Origin: Candidatus Shapirobacteria bacterium
GTDB lineage: Bacteria > Patescibacteriota > Microgenomatia > UBA12405
Reading direction: 5' to 3'
DNA length: 64,000 nucleotides
Assembly (NCBI GenBank): GCA_030698565.1
Contig: JAUYJS010000003.1
Span: 12,187-76,186, forward strand
The first letter of the stretch is position 1. Each line of letters opens with the position of its first letter. The translations under genes were made by a program, and so were the position numbers. The notes below the pieces were generated by a model that was not told the DNA's origin, ran no database searches, and saw only the letters and a list, made by a program, of their open reading frames with translations. Positions 17,763-28,678 of the stretch are shown one piece after another.

Positions 17763-19703
17763 ATGTCTTCCGCTAAAGATTACACTGGTAAACAAATGGT
17801 CGTTCTTGAAGGTTTAGAGCCCGTTAGAAAACGTCCCGCCATGTATATCGGGTCAACCGATATCAGGGGATTACATCATTGTCTTACTGAAATTGTTGAC
17901 AATGCTATCGACGAAGCTTTAGCCGGTTTTGCTAAAAATGTCTGGTTGATTATTCACCTCGATAATTCCGCCACCGTGGCCGATGATGGCCGAGGTATCC
18001 CTTTCGACATCATGCCCAAGTTCAATAAACCAGCCGTCGAAGTTATTATGACCACACTTCATTCCGGTGGTAAATTTGATGGCGATGCCTACAAAGTTTC
18101 CGGCGGTCTTCATGGTGTTGGCGCAGCCTGTGTCAACGCTTTATCAAATCTTTATCAAATTGAAATTAGACGCGACAATAAAATTCACTCAATCGAATTT
18201 AGCCGTGGTGCCCTCAAATCTCCTTTATCAACAATTCCCGAAACTAAGGTAGAAAAACTCAAAAAAATCTTACCAAAAAACATTTCTGGTACAACCGTAA
18301 CCTTTTATCCGGATGCAGAAATTTTTAAAGAAACTACAGAATTTGATTCGAAAGTTATTATAAAGTCCATAAAAGACAGGGCCTACCTAACTTCTAAAAT
18401 TTACTTTCATTATTTTGATGAAAGAAATAATTCAGAACATCATTATTATTTTGAAGGTGGAATTACTTCACTTATAAGAGAACTCAACAAAAATAAAGTT
18501 GTTGTTCATGAACCAATTTATCTTCATCGCGAAGATGCTGGTATAGATGTCGAAGTAGCTATCCAATACAATGACACTTTCCAAGAAAACACTCCCTCTT
18601 ATGTCAATATTATAAATACCAGTGAAGGTGGAACTCATTTAACTGGTTTTAAAACAGCTCTAACAAAAGTTATCAAAGATTACGCCGCTCGAAAAGAAAT
18701 GCTCAAATCCAAAGATGACACCATCACCAGTGATGACGTTCGAGAAGGATTGACTGCCGTTTTATCTATCAAAATGTCCTCTAAAGATCTTCAATTTGAA
18801 GGTCAAACCAAAGGCAAACTAGGCAACAGCGAAGCCCAGCCCATAGTCGCCAAAATTGTCAAAGAAGAATTGGAAATGTATTTTGAAGAACATCCCGACG
18901 TTGCCAAAATTATCGTCAGTAAATCACTTTTAGCTATTCAAATTAGAAAAGCTGCCAAAGCTGCCAAGGATGCGATCATGCGCAAAGGTATTTTCGAATC
19001 TTTGGGACTTCCCGGTAAACTAGCCGATTGCCAATCAAGAGATCCTTCTGAAAGTGAAATCTATATAGTCGAAGGAGATTCTGCAGGTGGTTCCGCCAAA
19101 CAAGGCCGTGATCGTCGATTCCAAGCCATTTTGCCTTTATGGGGTAAAGCTCTCAATACTGAAGGTATGAGACTTGACAAAATTGTTGGCTCTGACAAAT
19201 TAAAAGATTTAATTATCGCCTTAGGTATGGGAATAGGGGAGACATTAAACACAGACAAACTTCGTTATCATCGAATCATTTTAATGGCCGATGCTGACGT
19301 CGATGGTGCTCACATCTCCACACTTCTGTTAACTTTCCTTTACCGACATTTACCTTATACAATCGAAAATGGATACGTCTATATTGCCATGCCGCCGCTT
19401 TATCGAATCAAACACGGCAAAGATATTAAATATGTCTATACCGAAGAAGAAAAAGAGGCTCATCTAAAAGCCATCGATACTTCCAAGAGTTACGACATTC
19501 AACGATACAAAGGTTTAGGAGAAATGAATCCTCAACAGCTCTGGGACACCACTATGAATCCGGAAACTAGATTAATTAAAAGAGTCAATGTTTCCGATGC
19601 CATCAAAGCTGACGAGATATTTCGTATTCTTATGAGTGAAGACGTACCTCCTCGGAAAAAATTCATTCAAACTCATGCCCATTTAGCTATTTTAGACATT
19701 TAG
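17763..19703 (+). CDS. gyrB: DNA gyrase subunit B
   Basis: EIVDNAIDE, GGLHGVG, EGDSAGG, DADVDG, RYKGLGEM. Confidence 0.96.
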   Translation: MSSAKDYTGKQMVVLEGLEPVRKRPAMYIGSTDIRGLHHCLTEIVDNAIDEALAGFAKNVWLIIHLDNSATVADDGRGIPFDIMPKFNKPAVEVIMTTLHSGGKFDGDAYKVSGGLHGVGAACVNALSNLYQIEIRRDNKIHSIEFSRGALKSPLSTIPETKVEKLKKILPKNISGTTVTFYPDAEIFKETTEFDSKVIIKSIKDRAYLTSKIYFHYFDERNNSEHHYYFEGGITSLIRELNKNKVVVHEPIYLHREDAGIDVEVAIQYNDTFQENTPSYVNIINTSEGGTHLTGFKTALTKVIKDYAARKEMLKSKDDTITSDDVREGLTAVLSIKMSSKDLQFEGQTKGKLGNSEAQPIVAKIVKEELEMYFEEHPDVAKIIVSKSLLAIQIRKAAKAAKDAIMRKGIFESLGLPGKLADCQSRDPSESEIYIVEGDSAGGSAKQGRDRRFQAILPLWGKALNTEGMRLDKIVGSDKLKDLIIALGMGIGETLNTDKLRYHRIILMADADVDGAHISTLLLTFLYRHLPYTIENGYVYIAMPPLYRIKHGKDIKYVYTEEEKEAHLKAIDTSKSYDIQRYKGLGEMNPQQLWDTTMNPETRLIKRVNVSDAIKADEIFRILMSEDVPPRKKFIQTHAHLAILDI

Positions 19704-19715
19704 TTTGTTTAAGCA

Positions 19716-22367
19716 ATGAAAAAAACTGACGACATAGATAAAAAAATATACAGTGGAATCGGCAAGGTTCTAGATGTAGATATTGTTCCAGAAATGGAAA
19801 AGTCTTATCTTGATTATGCCATGAGCGTTATCGTTCAAAGAGCTCTTCCTGATGTTCGCGATGGTTTAAAACCGGTTCACCGAAGAATTATATATGCCAT
19901 GGAACAAATGGGTCTATCGCCAGGCGGTAGAAATACTAAATCAGCTAAAGTTGTCGGTGAAGTTTTAGGTAAATACCATCCCCATGGTGATATGTCAGTT
20001 TATATGGCCTTAGTCAGAATGGCCCAGGAATTTTCTTTGCGCTACCCATTAGTCAAAGGTCAAGGAAACTTTGGTTCAATCGATGGCGATCCGCCCGCAG
20101 CCATGAGGTATACCGAAGTTAAAATGGACAAAATTACCCAGGAAATGATTACCGATATCAACAAAGAAACTGTTGATATGATGGATAATTTCGACGCTAC
20201 TATCAAAGAACCAGTTGTTTTACCAGCCAAAATTCCCAATCTCTTATTAAATGGAGCCGATGGTATTGCTGTCGGTATGGCTACGCGTATTCCACCGCAC
20301 AATTTAAAAGAACTTTGTACCGCCATTGATTTTATTTTGGAGAACAGCCGTTTGGAAAAATTAGAAGAAGAATTAGAGCTTAAGCCTTTTGTTGCCAAAA
20401 CTCAAACCACTCAAGACATCGTTTTGAAACCTGTTTACGAATTAGAAAGACAAAAGTACAATTTTGAAACCACTGCCTCTGTTGAAGAAATTAGTAAATT
20501 TGTCCAAGGACCAGACTTTCCTACATCGGGCGAAATTTATGGTAGAACCGGAATTTTAGAAATGTACAATACTGGCCGAGGTAAATTTGCCGTTCGAGGC
20601 AAGGCGGCTATTGAAGAAACCAAGTCAGGAAAGATTAGAATCATTATCACCGAACTACCTTATCAAGTTAACAAATCTGAATTCGTCAAAAAAATAGCCG
20701 ATTTAGTTAGAGATAAAAAAATTATCGGTATATCCGATTTACGCGATGAATCAGATCGCCATGGTATTCGCGTCGTTGTTGAAATCAAAAAGAACGGTAA
20801 GCCAAAATCCATTCTAAACAAACTTTATAAATACACCGCCCTTCAAAGTTCTTATTCAGCCAACATACTTGCCCTAGTCAATGGTGTTCCCCAAACTCTT
20901 AATTTAAGACAAATGTTATTGCTCTTTTTAAGACATAGGGAAGTTATCGTCAGACGTCGGACTGTCTTTGATCTAAAAAGTGCCATGATGCGCGCTCACA
21001 TTCTTGAAGGTTTAAAAATAGCTCTGGATGTAATTGATGAAATAATAAAAACCATCAGAGCCTCAAAAAATACCGAAGAAGCCAGAGAAAACTTAATGTC
21101 TAAGTTCAAATTCACCGATCTCCAGGCCAATGCTATTTTGGAAATGCAACTTAGAAGATTAGCTGCGTTGGAAAGACAAAAAATTGAAGATGAATACAAC
21201 GAAATCAAAAAAACAATCGATGGTCTGACTTCGATAATCACCAAAACTGAGGTAATGACTACGGTTCTCAAAACAGAAAATAAAGAAATAATGGAAAAGT
21301 ATGGTGATATCAGAAGAACAAAAATTTTCGTTAGGGGATTAGAAGAATTAAGTGAAGAAGATTTAACTCCAAATGAAGCCGTTTTAGTCACTATTACTAA
21401 AACCGGTTACGTCAAAAGAGTCCCAAAAGAAACATATCACTCCCAAAAACGCGGCGGTATCGGCGTGGTTGGTATGACCACCAAAATGGAAGATGAGATT
21501 GAAAATATGATGTCAGTCAATACTCATGACGATCTCTTATTCTTCACCAACAAAGGTCGTGTCTTCAAAACTAAGGTGTGGGATCTACCCGAAAGTAACC
21601 GTCAATCCAAAGGTCAAGCTATCGTAAATTTAATCAATATAATTCAAGGTGAAATTGTTCAAACAGTTTTACCATTCAGCAAAGATTCTGAAGCTAAATT
21701 TATTCTCTTAGCTACCAAAAATGGTACTGTCAAAAAAACCTCCATTGAAAGATTTAAAAATATTCGTCAAAGTGGTTTGGCTGCAATCAAGCTTGATGCT
21801 GACGATCAACTAATTTGGGCTAGAGCCACTACGGGCAAAAACCAAATATTTATGGTCACTCACAACGGTAAATGCATCCGTTTTGACGAAAACGATATTA
21901 GGCCAATGGGCCGTCACACTAGAGGTGTCCGTGGTATTTTTCTAAAAGAAAATGATTATGTTGTCAGTCTCGATGTCGTACCTGCTAACATCGAAGAAGT
22001 TAAGAGTAAAAAGGATAAAAAAGACGCCAAAGAAACATTCCGACACCTGTTTGTAGTTACCGAAAACGGCGTAGGCAAGCGGACCAATGTCTATCTATAC
22101 CCAGCCCAAAAACGCGGCGGTATCGGCATTAAAGTAGCTAATTTAACTTCTAAAACTGGAAAAATAGCTGCGGCTCAAGTAGTTTCTGAAATACACGATC
22201 AAGTAATCTTAGTTTCCAAAAAAGCTATAACCATCAATATGCCTTTAAAAAATGTACCTACATTAAACCGTAACACAAAAGGAGTGATCCTGATGAGATT
22301 CAAAACTACTGAAGATAAAGTAAATGCAGTCACTATATTGGAAAAAAGAACAGAGGGTGAAGAATAA
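19716..22367 (+). CDS. gyrA: DNA gyrase subunit A
   Basis: [22 protein letters not shown], GyrA-box QKRGGIG. Confidence 0.96.
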   Translation: MKKTDDIDKKIYSGIGKVLDVDIVPEMEKSYLDYAMSVIVQRALPDVRDGLKPVHRRIIYAMEQMGLSPGGRNTKSAKVVGEVLGKYHPHGDMSVYMALVRMAQEFSLRYPLVKGQGNFGSIDGDPPAAMRYTEVKMDKITQEMITDINKETVDMMDNFDATIKEPVVLPAKIPNLLLNGADGIAVGMATRIPPHNLKELCTAIDFILENSRLEKLEEELELKPFVAKTQTTQDIVLKPVYELERQKYNFETTASVEEISKFVQGPDFPTSGEIYGRTGILEMYNTGRGKFAVRGKAAIEETKSGKIRIIITELPYQVNKSEFVKKIADLVRDKKIIGISDLRDESDRHGIRVVVEIKKNGKPKSILNKLYKYTALQSSYSANILALVNGVPQTLNLRQMLLLFLRHREVIVRRRTVFDLKSAMMRAHILEGLKIALDVIDEIIKTIRASKNTEEARENLMSKFKFTDLQANAILEMQLRRLAALERQKIEDEYNEIKKTIDGLTSIITKTEVMTTVLKTENKEIMEKYGDIRRTKIFVRGLEELSEEDLTPNEAVLVTITKTGYVKRVPKETYHSQKRGGIGVVGMTTKMEDEIENMMSVNTHDDLLFFTNKGRVFKTKVWDLPESNRQSKGQAIVNLINIIQGEIVQTVLPFSKDSEAKFILLATKNGTVKKTSIERFKNIRQSGLAAIKLDADDQLIWARATTGKNQIFMVTHNGKCIRFDENDIRPMGRHTRGVRGIFLKENDYVVSLDVVPANIEEVKSKKDKKDAKETFRHLFVVTENGVGKRTNVYLYPAQKRGGIGIKVANLTSKTGKIAAAQVVSEIHDQVILVSKKAITINMPLKNVPTLNRNTKGVILMRFKTTEDKVNAVTILEKRTEGEE

Positions 22368-22731
22368 GTAAGTACATTTATTATAAGACTTAGGATAACT
22401 ATAATATAGGATATTAATTTAATTATTAAATATCTTTAAATTAAAAAATCCACTAAACTAGACTAATTTTATTTATTTTGGATATAATAATGTTCAAAAT
22501 AAAAATTTTAAAAAGAGGGTAGGGGAGTATAATAAATATTATAGGTCTTATAATATAAAAATTGTTAGTTAGCAGACAAATTTACCAACTGATAATAGGG
22601 GATAAAAGTTAAATAATACCGTTATTTAGGGTAAAGTTTGTTATAATTTTCCCATCAAACTTCAAATACTCATATTATAATAAATTTATTAGAATTAGTG
22701 TCCTTTATAGGACACACCAAATACACACAAT

Positions 22732-23664
22732 TTATTTGTTACCACTATGAAATTTATCATGAACTTCCCGCAATCTAGCATCAGTCACATGGGTATATAT
22801 TTGAGTAGTCGCAATATTTTTATGTCCCAATATTTCTTGAACTGACCTTAAATCGGCACCGGAACGGAGTAGGTCAGTTGCCATAGAATGACGTAAAGTA
22901 TGTGGTGTAGCCAGCACTGGTAATTTTGCCTGCGTCACATATTTTTTTACCAATCTTTGCACTGATCTGGCTGTTAATCTAACCTTGTCGTCGTCAGCCG
23001 TAATTTCATTCTTTCCAGAGTAGTGAATAAAAAGTGGTTTATATTTATCCATTCGATTTTTTAAATACCGATCCAAATATTCCGCCGCTTGTTTTGAAAT
23101 AAAAACGATTCTAGATTTACCGCCTTTACCAATAATTCCAAACTCTCGAGTCTTTAAATTAATTTGATCACAGTTCAAAAAAACAAGTTCAGATACTCTC
23201 AAACCAGTAGAAAACAAAAGCTCCAAAATCACCCTATCTCTCAACCCAGCCTTTTCTGACAATAATGGTTGGTTAAGCAGTCTTTTCATTTGATCTTCAT
23301 CCAAAAACTTTAAGGAGTGATCTTTATTTTTCGGTACTTCTAGTTTTTCCGGCTGTAAAGTTTTAATGTCATTTTTTATTAACCATTTCAAAAAAGATCT
23401 CAATGCAATTATGTAATATCCCTGGGTCACTATTTTCATATCTCCATTAGTTCCTTTTTGCCTTGATAAAAAAAGTCTGAACCGCCTAACCGTATCGACA
23501 TTAATGTTTTCTATTTTTACTGTATTTTGATTTTCATCCGACAAAAATTTTACTAATACATTTAAATAATGTTCGTAATTTCTAATTGTTAATCTGGAAC
23601 AATTTTTTTCAATCTCCAAATGTTCTAAAAATTTTCTGATCAAATTATTTAAATCATCATTCAC
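22732..23664 (-). CDS. XerC/XerD family tyrosine recombinase
   Basis: STGLRVSEL, GKGGKSR, TPHTLRHS.AT, LGH....TTQIYTH. Confidence 0.93.
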   Translation of the reverse strand: MNDDLNNLIRKFLEHLEIEKNCSRLTIRNYEHYLNVLVKFLSDENQNTVKIENINVDTVRRFRLFLSRQKGTNGDMKIVTQGYYIIALRSFLKWLIKNDIKTLQPEKLEVPKNKDHSLKFLDEDQMKRLLNQPLLSEKAGLRDRVILELLFSTGLRVSELVFLNCDQINLKTREFGIIGKGGKSRIVFISKQAAEYLDRYLKNRMDKYKPLFIHYSGKNEITADDDKVRLTARSVQRLVKKYVTQAKLPVLATPHTLRHSMATDLLRSGADLRSVQEILGHKNIATTQIYTHVTDARLREVHDKFHSGNK

Positions 23665-23724
23665 TAAATTATCTTAACATTTTAATAACGATACTAATTA
23701 AGCAAAATTTAAAATCGTTTATCC

Positions 23725-24154
23725 AAGGGGCTCTAGTGATGTAATGAACGTATTATACGTATCTTTAGGTCTAATATATTAAGTCCCCTAAATTTTAAAA
23801 CCAAGAGAAGTCAAGTAGATAATTTGAAGCTACGGAGCAAAAATCCAGACAAGCGCCAAAGTAGAGTAGAAAACCGTTTATATATAAACCAGATAATTAG
23901 TTATCCAATATTTAAAAAATAAAAATTAGTAATTAAAAATTAAAAAACATAATTTTTGACCTCTCCCCTCGGTTTTAAATTTAGAGTGAGTCGCAAAAGA
24001 TACATTGTGCGACGTAGTAAATACTAGCTTCCCTTGCTAGGAGATAGGTCTCAATTACTAATAAAACAAAACCACAAATTACTAACAATAAATATCTCTT
24101 ACACTTATTATTCTTCCAAGATAATGCCTGGCTATTCCCCACAAGAGCCCTCTT
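23725..24154. ncRNA. Candidate large structured ncRNA (family unknown)
   Basis: No ORF in the track; closing helix 23727-23738/24140-24151, long helix 23788-23814/23956-23984, further hairpins and long-range pairings. Confidence 0.5.
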
Positions 24155-24363
24155 CGTGATCTACTCGTCTAGATTCGAGTTTTCCACACAGACTATATCA
24201 CTCTATATCATTATTCCGTGAAAATTATAGGATATATCGTGAAAATTAATATAATTATAGGACATATTATTATAGGTTACTTCCCTCTTCCCTACCTCAC
24301 CTATCTAAATATATTTTTGTTAAAATAACAAATAAAATATATTTTAAAAATTATTTGTATTTA

Positions 24364-25398
24364 ATGAGCAAATTTATAAACGAAATTAAAATTCAAGCAA
24401 AAAAATATCCTCAAACCATAGTTCTGGCTGATGGATTAGAAGCTAGGACAATCAAGGCTGCCAATATCATTATCAAACAAAAAATAGCCAAGTTAATTCT
24501 TTTGGGCAACAGAGATCAGATTCTAAAATTATCTCCATTATTAGATCACCCCAACGTCCAAATAATTGACCCCGAGAACAATCAATATTCTCAAAGATTA
24601 AGTCAAAAATTATTTGAATTACGCCAACACAAAGGCCTAATATTAACCGAAGCTCAGAAGCTTGTTAAAAATCCATATTATCTAGCAACACTGTTAGTTT
24701 ATGAAAAACTAGCCGATGGTTCCGTTGGAGGGGCTAATCAACCTAGTAGTGAAATTCTTCGACCCGCGCTCCAAATATTAAAAACCAGTACTTCTGCTTC
24801 GACTTTTTTTATAATGTCAGTTCCAAAATCAAAACTAGGATTAAATGGAAACTTTTTATTTGCCGACTGCAGTCTAAACATTAATCCATCAGCCCAAGAT
24901 TTAGCTCAAATTGCCATCGATTCCGCTGATTCTTTTAAATTTATTTTTAAAAAGAAGGCTAAAGTTGCCTTAATATCTTATTCTACTCACGGTAGTGGCA
25001 AGGGTGAGAGTGTGGACAAAATATTACTTGCCAAAAATATTGTTCAAAATCAGCGACCCGACATTATTATTGATGGCGATCTACAAGTTGATGCGGCTAT
25101 TGTACCGCTTGTTAGCCAATTGAAATCTCCCAACAGTAAATTAAAAGGACAAGCCAATGTATTAATTTTCCCCGACCTAAATTCGGCCAATATTGCTTAC
25201 AAATTAACCCAAAGATTAGCCAACGCCCAAGCAATTGGTCCAATATTTCAAGGCATTTCTCGACCCATAAACGATCTGTCACGTGGCTGTACAGTTCAAG
25301 ATATTGTTGATATCGTCGTCGTTACTTGCCTTCAATCTCATCGCCAACTAACCATCAATACAATCGCCAAAATAATTGCTGTCCCTATCCAAGTATAA
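24364..25398 (+). CDS. pta: Phosphate acetyltransferase
   Basis: FADC, SYSTHGSG, DGDLQVDAA, FPDLNSANIAYK, NDLSRGC. Confidence 0.93.
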   Translation: MSKFINEIKIQAKKYPQTIVLADGLEARTIKAANIIIKQKIAKLILLGNRDQILKLSPLLDHPNVQIIDPENNQYSQRLSQKLFELRQHKGLILTEAQKLVKNPYYLATLLVYEKLADGSVGGANQPSSEILRPALQILKTSTSASTFFIMSVPKSKLGLNGNFLFADCSLNINPSAQDLAQIAIDSADSFKFIFKKKAKVALISYSTHGSGKGESVDKILLAKNIVQNQRPDIIIDGDLQVDAAIVPLVSQLKSPNSKLKGQANVLIFPDLNSANIAYKLTQRLANAQAIGPIFQGISRPINDLSRGCTVQDIVDIVVVTCLQSHRQLTINTIAKIIAVPIQV

Positions 25399-26123
25399 GT
25401 TAACCAAGTTCGCCTAAACAACCTATCTCTAACATCTGCCTGCAACAGACTGCACAATACATATATCACTGAAACCAAATAAATAGATCCCTTAAAAATA
25501 CCAACTGGCCAAAAAGAGAAAACTAAACCTAATTGTGACATCAATAAAGAAGGTATTAAAACATAAGCCCAAATATTTTTATTTTTACCATCATCAGCCA
25601 GTTCTATTGAAACACTATAAAAATGATATAAAAAAATTAGCCCAGAAATTATAAAAATTAAAGGCATATTTATCCAATAATTAAATCTAAAAGAGAACAG
25701 ACTATCAAATAAAAAAAATGACGTCAAAAGCAAAACAATAAAACTAACCGTATAAGCCGCTCGATATAACGGTGGAGTTCTGTAGCCAATCGACACCAAA
25801 AATACGTTTTCTACTAAAAACATCACATAAGAAATTAGTCCAAAAAAGATACTTATTCCCAACGTAGCCAGAGAGTTTAATGGTAATAATACGATAAATA
25901 AACCAAATCCAATAAAAAATATTACTGGCAAGACTACGGCCATTAGCCGAGTATACAAACTTTCCTCAAAGACGATTCCTAATCCGAACCAAAAACAAAA
26001 AACCATCAACACAATACCCACCAGAAGACCATAATATCTTGATTCAAACGGTAATGAAGCAAAAAAGAAAAAACCGAGAGCTGCAACTAAAGAGGAAATA
26101 ATATATTTAAGTCTTTTTGACAT
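25338..26123 (-). CDS. Polytopic membrane protein, function unknown
   Basis: Many TM segments; coupled to yebC. Confidence 0.75.
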   Translation of the reverse strand: MSKRLKYIISSLVAALGFFFFASLPFESRYYGLLVGIVLMVFCFWFGLGIVFEESLYTRLMAVVLPVIFFIGFGLFIVLLPLNSLATLGISIFFGLISYVMFLVENVFLVSIGYRTPPLYRAAYTVSFIVLLLTSFFLFDSLFSFRFNYWINMPLIFIISGLIFLYHFYSVSIELADDGKNKNIWAYVLIPSLLMSQLGLVFSFWPVGIFKGSIYLVSVIYVLCSLLQADVRDRLFRRTWLTYTWIGTAIILAIVLMVSWR

Positions 26124-26823
26124 AATCAAACCCGGCAAATACGTTTATAACATCGTCATTTTCTTCCAAACTATCGATAAAATCTAAAATATTTCCCAAC
26201 TCTTCTTCGTTATTTAACATGGTCAAATTTATTGGCTTCATCACTATTTCTGATTTAACTACTTCCATCCCCATACTTTGAACTTTTTTTGTAAAGTTAA
26301 CCAAATCAATCACCTCAGTCCAAACAGTTTTATCATCCACATCGGTTGCTCCAGCATCAATTAAATCCAATTGTTTATCCTCAGGAATCGGGTTCTCAAA
26401 TTCCACCTCACCTTTTCTTTCAAATTGGAAAGCTACCGATCCACTTTCTCCTAAGTTACCTCCATTAACTTTAAAAATTAATTTAATTTCGCCCAAAGTT
26501 CTATTTTTATTATCAGTTTCTACTTCTACTATTAACGGAACACCAAAAGGACCAAATCCTTCCAACATAAAGTTGGTTAAATTATTTTTTCTCTCTTCAA
26601 ATCTAGACAACAATCTGTCAATATTTTCCTTGGGCATGTTAACCGCCTTGGCTTTATCGACAGTGATTTTTAAGTAAGAATTTGTATCAACATTTGAGTT
26701 ATTGCCACCCAACCGAATAGCTGTCATTATAATTTTTGACATCTTAGTGAAAGTTTCGCTTCTTTTTTTATCTTGAGCGCCTTTCCTATTTTTTATATTT
26801 GCCCATTTAGAGTGTCCTGACAT
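26107..26823 (-). CDS. yebC: YebC/PmpR family protein
   Basis: MSGHSKWANIKNRKG, EGFGP, TDNKNRT. Confidence 0.95.
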   Translation of the reverse strand: MSGHSKWANIKNRKGAQDKKRSETFTKMSKIIMTAIRLGGNNSNVDTNSYLKITVDKAKAVNMPKENIDRLLSRFEERKNNLTNFMLEGFGPFGVPLIVEVETDNKNRTLGEIKLIFKVNGGNLGESGSVAFQFERKGEVEFENPIPEDKQLDLIDAGATDVDDKTVWTEVIDLVNFTKKVQSMGMEVVKSEIVMKPINLTMLNNEEELGNILDFIDSLEENDDVINVFAGFDYVKKT

Positions 26824-27649
26824 AACTAGAGTATTTTACCATTTGAGCGAAACCATCACCAAAATAAATTTCAACCTCAGAATTATCCAAACTTTCATTT
26901 TTCTTCATTTCACAATTCCACAAATTACCTAAAATTTTATAAGAAAAGCTATTCTCTACTTCAGAACCATATTCTACCAAACAGTTTTTGACCTCTTTTT
27001 CTGAATTTTCAGTTGATATTATCGAAAAACCAGCCCACTCCATTCTGTCGGCCAAAAAAGTAGCCATACCACTCTCGTTAGTCGTATTAATTATACCAAC
27101 TTTTAAATCCTCATTTAATACCCTATTATCGGAAAAATCTCGCATCATAATCTCAGAAAGTAATGGATAATCATCAGCTAAACTCTTTTTAATTATTTCT
27201 TCTTTAGTCATCATATCCTCCCGATTAAATTGAAACTTAATCCAATTTTTCACACCGACAATCTGCAAGAAAACAGAATTTTTTTTCCAATCATCAATTG
27301 AATTCAAAAATAAAATTTTATCTGGGGTAAAACCAAAATTATAAAAAAATAAATTATTAGCCAAACTTGCCTTATTTTCTTGATCCAATATTTTTTTTAC
27401 TCGATCAACTCTGTACCAACCTAACCCTTCGGGGATCCACATCTCTACTTCCCCATTCACCTTTAAGATATTAATCATCCTTCTGGAAAATGAAATCGAC
27501 ACTAGTTCTATTTCATTATCTGTAATTATTCCCAATTTATAGTCATTATTTCCATCCCAATCCTTACTTTTTATGGTAATACTTATAATCACCAATCCTA
27601 AAACCAACAAGCCCCCTAAAATCAAAATTATCCATTTATATTTATTCAT
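26807..27649 (-). CDS. Membrane-anchored protein with LytR C-terminal domain
   Basis: N-terminal TM; VGIINTTNESGMA...GF...IYFG.D. Confidence 0.7.
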   Translation of the reverse strand: MNKYKWIILILGGLLVLGLVIISITIKSKDWDGNNDYKLGIITDNEIELVSISFSRRMINILKVNGEVEMWIPEGLGWYRVDRVKKILDQENKASLANNLFFYNFGFTPDKILFLNSIDDWKKNSVFLQIVGVKNWIKFQFNREDMMTKEEIIKKSLADDYPLLSEIMMRDFSDNRVLNEDLKVGIINTTNESGMATFLADRMEWAGFSIISTENSEKEVKNCLVEYGSEVENSFSYKILGNLWNCEMKKNESLDNSEVEIYFGDGFAQMVKYSSYVRTL

Positions 27650-28316
27650 TGTTGTCCAATATTTGTTGCAAATCAGCGGGCAACTCTGATTTAAATGTCA
27701 TCTCCTGGTTCGTTTTAGGATGAATCAATGTGATTTCAGCTGAATGTAAAAATGGTCTGTTTAAATCTGTTATTACATCACCCCCATACAGTCTATCTCC
27801 CAATAAAGGCCATCTTAAATTACTAAAATGAACTCTAATTTGATGTGTCCGTCCAGTTTTTAAATCTATTTCAACTAAACTATACAATTTGCCACCAATT
27901 CGATATTTATTTATACGACAAAATTTAGTGACAGCCGGTTTTCCATCTGACGATACTGCAAATTTACCAAATCCATATTTAGACCTACTAATTGGCATAT
28001 TTATTTCCCCATCAATCGACGCATCTCCACAAATCATAGCCAGATATTTCTTTTTAATACTTCTATCCTTAAATTGTTTTTTTAATTTAATTAACGCCTC
28101 TTGGTTTTTACCTATTACCAATAAACCGGAAGTTCCCTTATCTAATCGATGTACAATCCCCTCTCTTTCCAAATTATTATTATAATTTTTTGTCAGCCAA
28201 TCCTGAATTGTCCTTTCTTTGATTGTATTTCCTTCTGAGGTAACCACAATTCCTGCCGGTTTATCAATAATCAATACATCTTCGTCTTCATATATTATTT
28301 TTATTCTTTCTTCCAT
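27642..28316 (-). CDS. RluA/RluD family pseudouridine synthase
   Basis: DKPAG, HRLDKGTSG, TGRTHQIRVH, GDRLYG. Confidence 0.93.
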   Translation of the reverse strand: MEERIKIIYEDEDVLIIDKPAGIVVTSEGNTIKERTIQDWLTKNYNNNLEREGIVHRLDKGTSGLLVIGKNQEALIKLKKQFKDRSIKKKYLAMICGDASIDGEINMPISRSKYGFGKFAVSSDGKPAVTKFCRINKYRIGGKLYSLVEIDLKTGRTHQIRVHFSNLRWPLLGDRLYGGDVITDLNRPFLHSAEITLIHPKTNQEMTFKSELPADLQQILDNNE

Positions 28317-28678
28317 ACTTCTACTATAAATAGTAATACACCGGCTACTATTAACCAATCATTTAAATTATTAAAAATATTTCCCCACACATTCCAATAA
28401 TCTCTCACATAACCAAATCTATATCTGTCCACAAAATTAATCATACCTCCAATCGTTATCAGTCCTATTCCCCTCTTATTTTTTAAAATATAAAAACCAG
28501 CCAAGCCAACCAACAATCCAACAAATAAAAAATTACTCAACCTGGAAAACCCAAAACTTATCCCTTCATTCTTAATTATTACAGGAACATTATTTGCTAC
28601 AAACTCATGTAACATTCCAAATAATAAAATCAGAAGCAAAAGAAAAAGGCTTTTTTTAGTCTTCTCTTTCTTTTTCAC
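28301..28678 (-). CDS. lspA: Signal peptidase II-like protein
   Basis: NEGISFG, NFVDRYRFGYVRDY, NLND. Confidence 0.75.
   Translation of the reverse strand: MKKKEKTKKSLFLLLLILLFGMLHEFVANNVPVIIKNEGISFGFSRLSNFLFVGLLVGLAGFYILKNKRGIGLITIGGMINFVDRYRFGYVRDYWNVWGNIFNNLNDWLIVAGVLLFIVEVWKKE

Noticed and set aside
22368-22731. Replication origin or terminus
   Set aside because: No DnaA-box cluster or dnaA; the plus strand looks C-rich on both sides, so no visible skew switch (judged by eye only)
22732-23664. Integron or prophage integrase
   Set aside because: No IntI-specific insertion, attC cassettes or phage genes; looks like chromosomal Xer
23727-24151. tmRNA, RNase P RNA or group I intron as the identity of the structured region
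   Set aside because: Starts GGGGCT but has no T-arm, G3:U70 or CCA end; no convincing GAGGAAAGUCC with a P4 partner; gatatagtc (minus, ~24190) has no matching P7 partner
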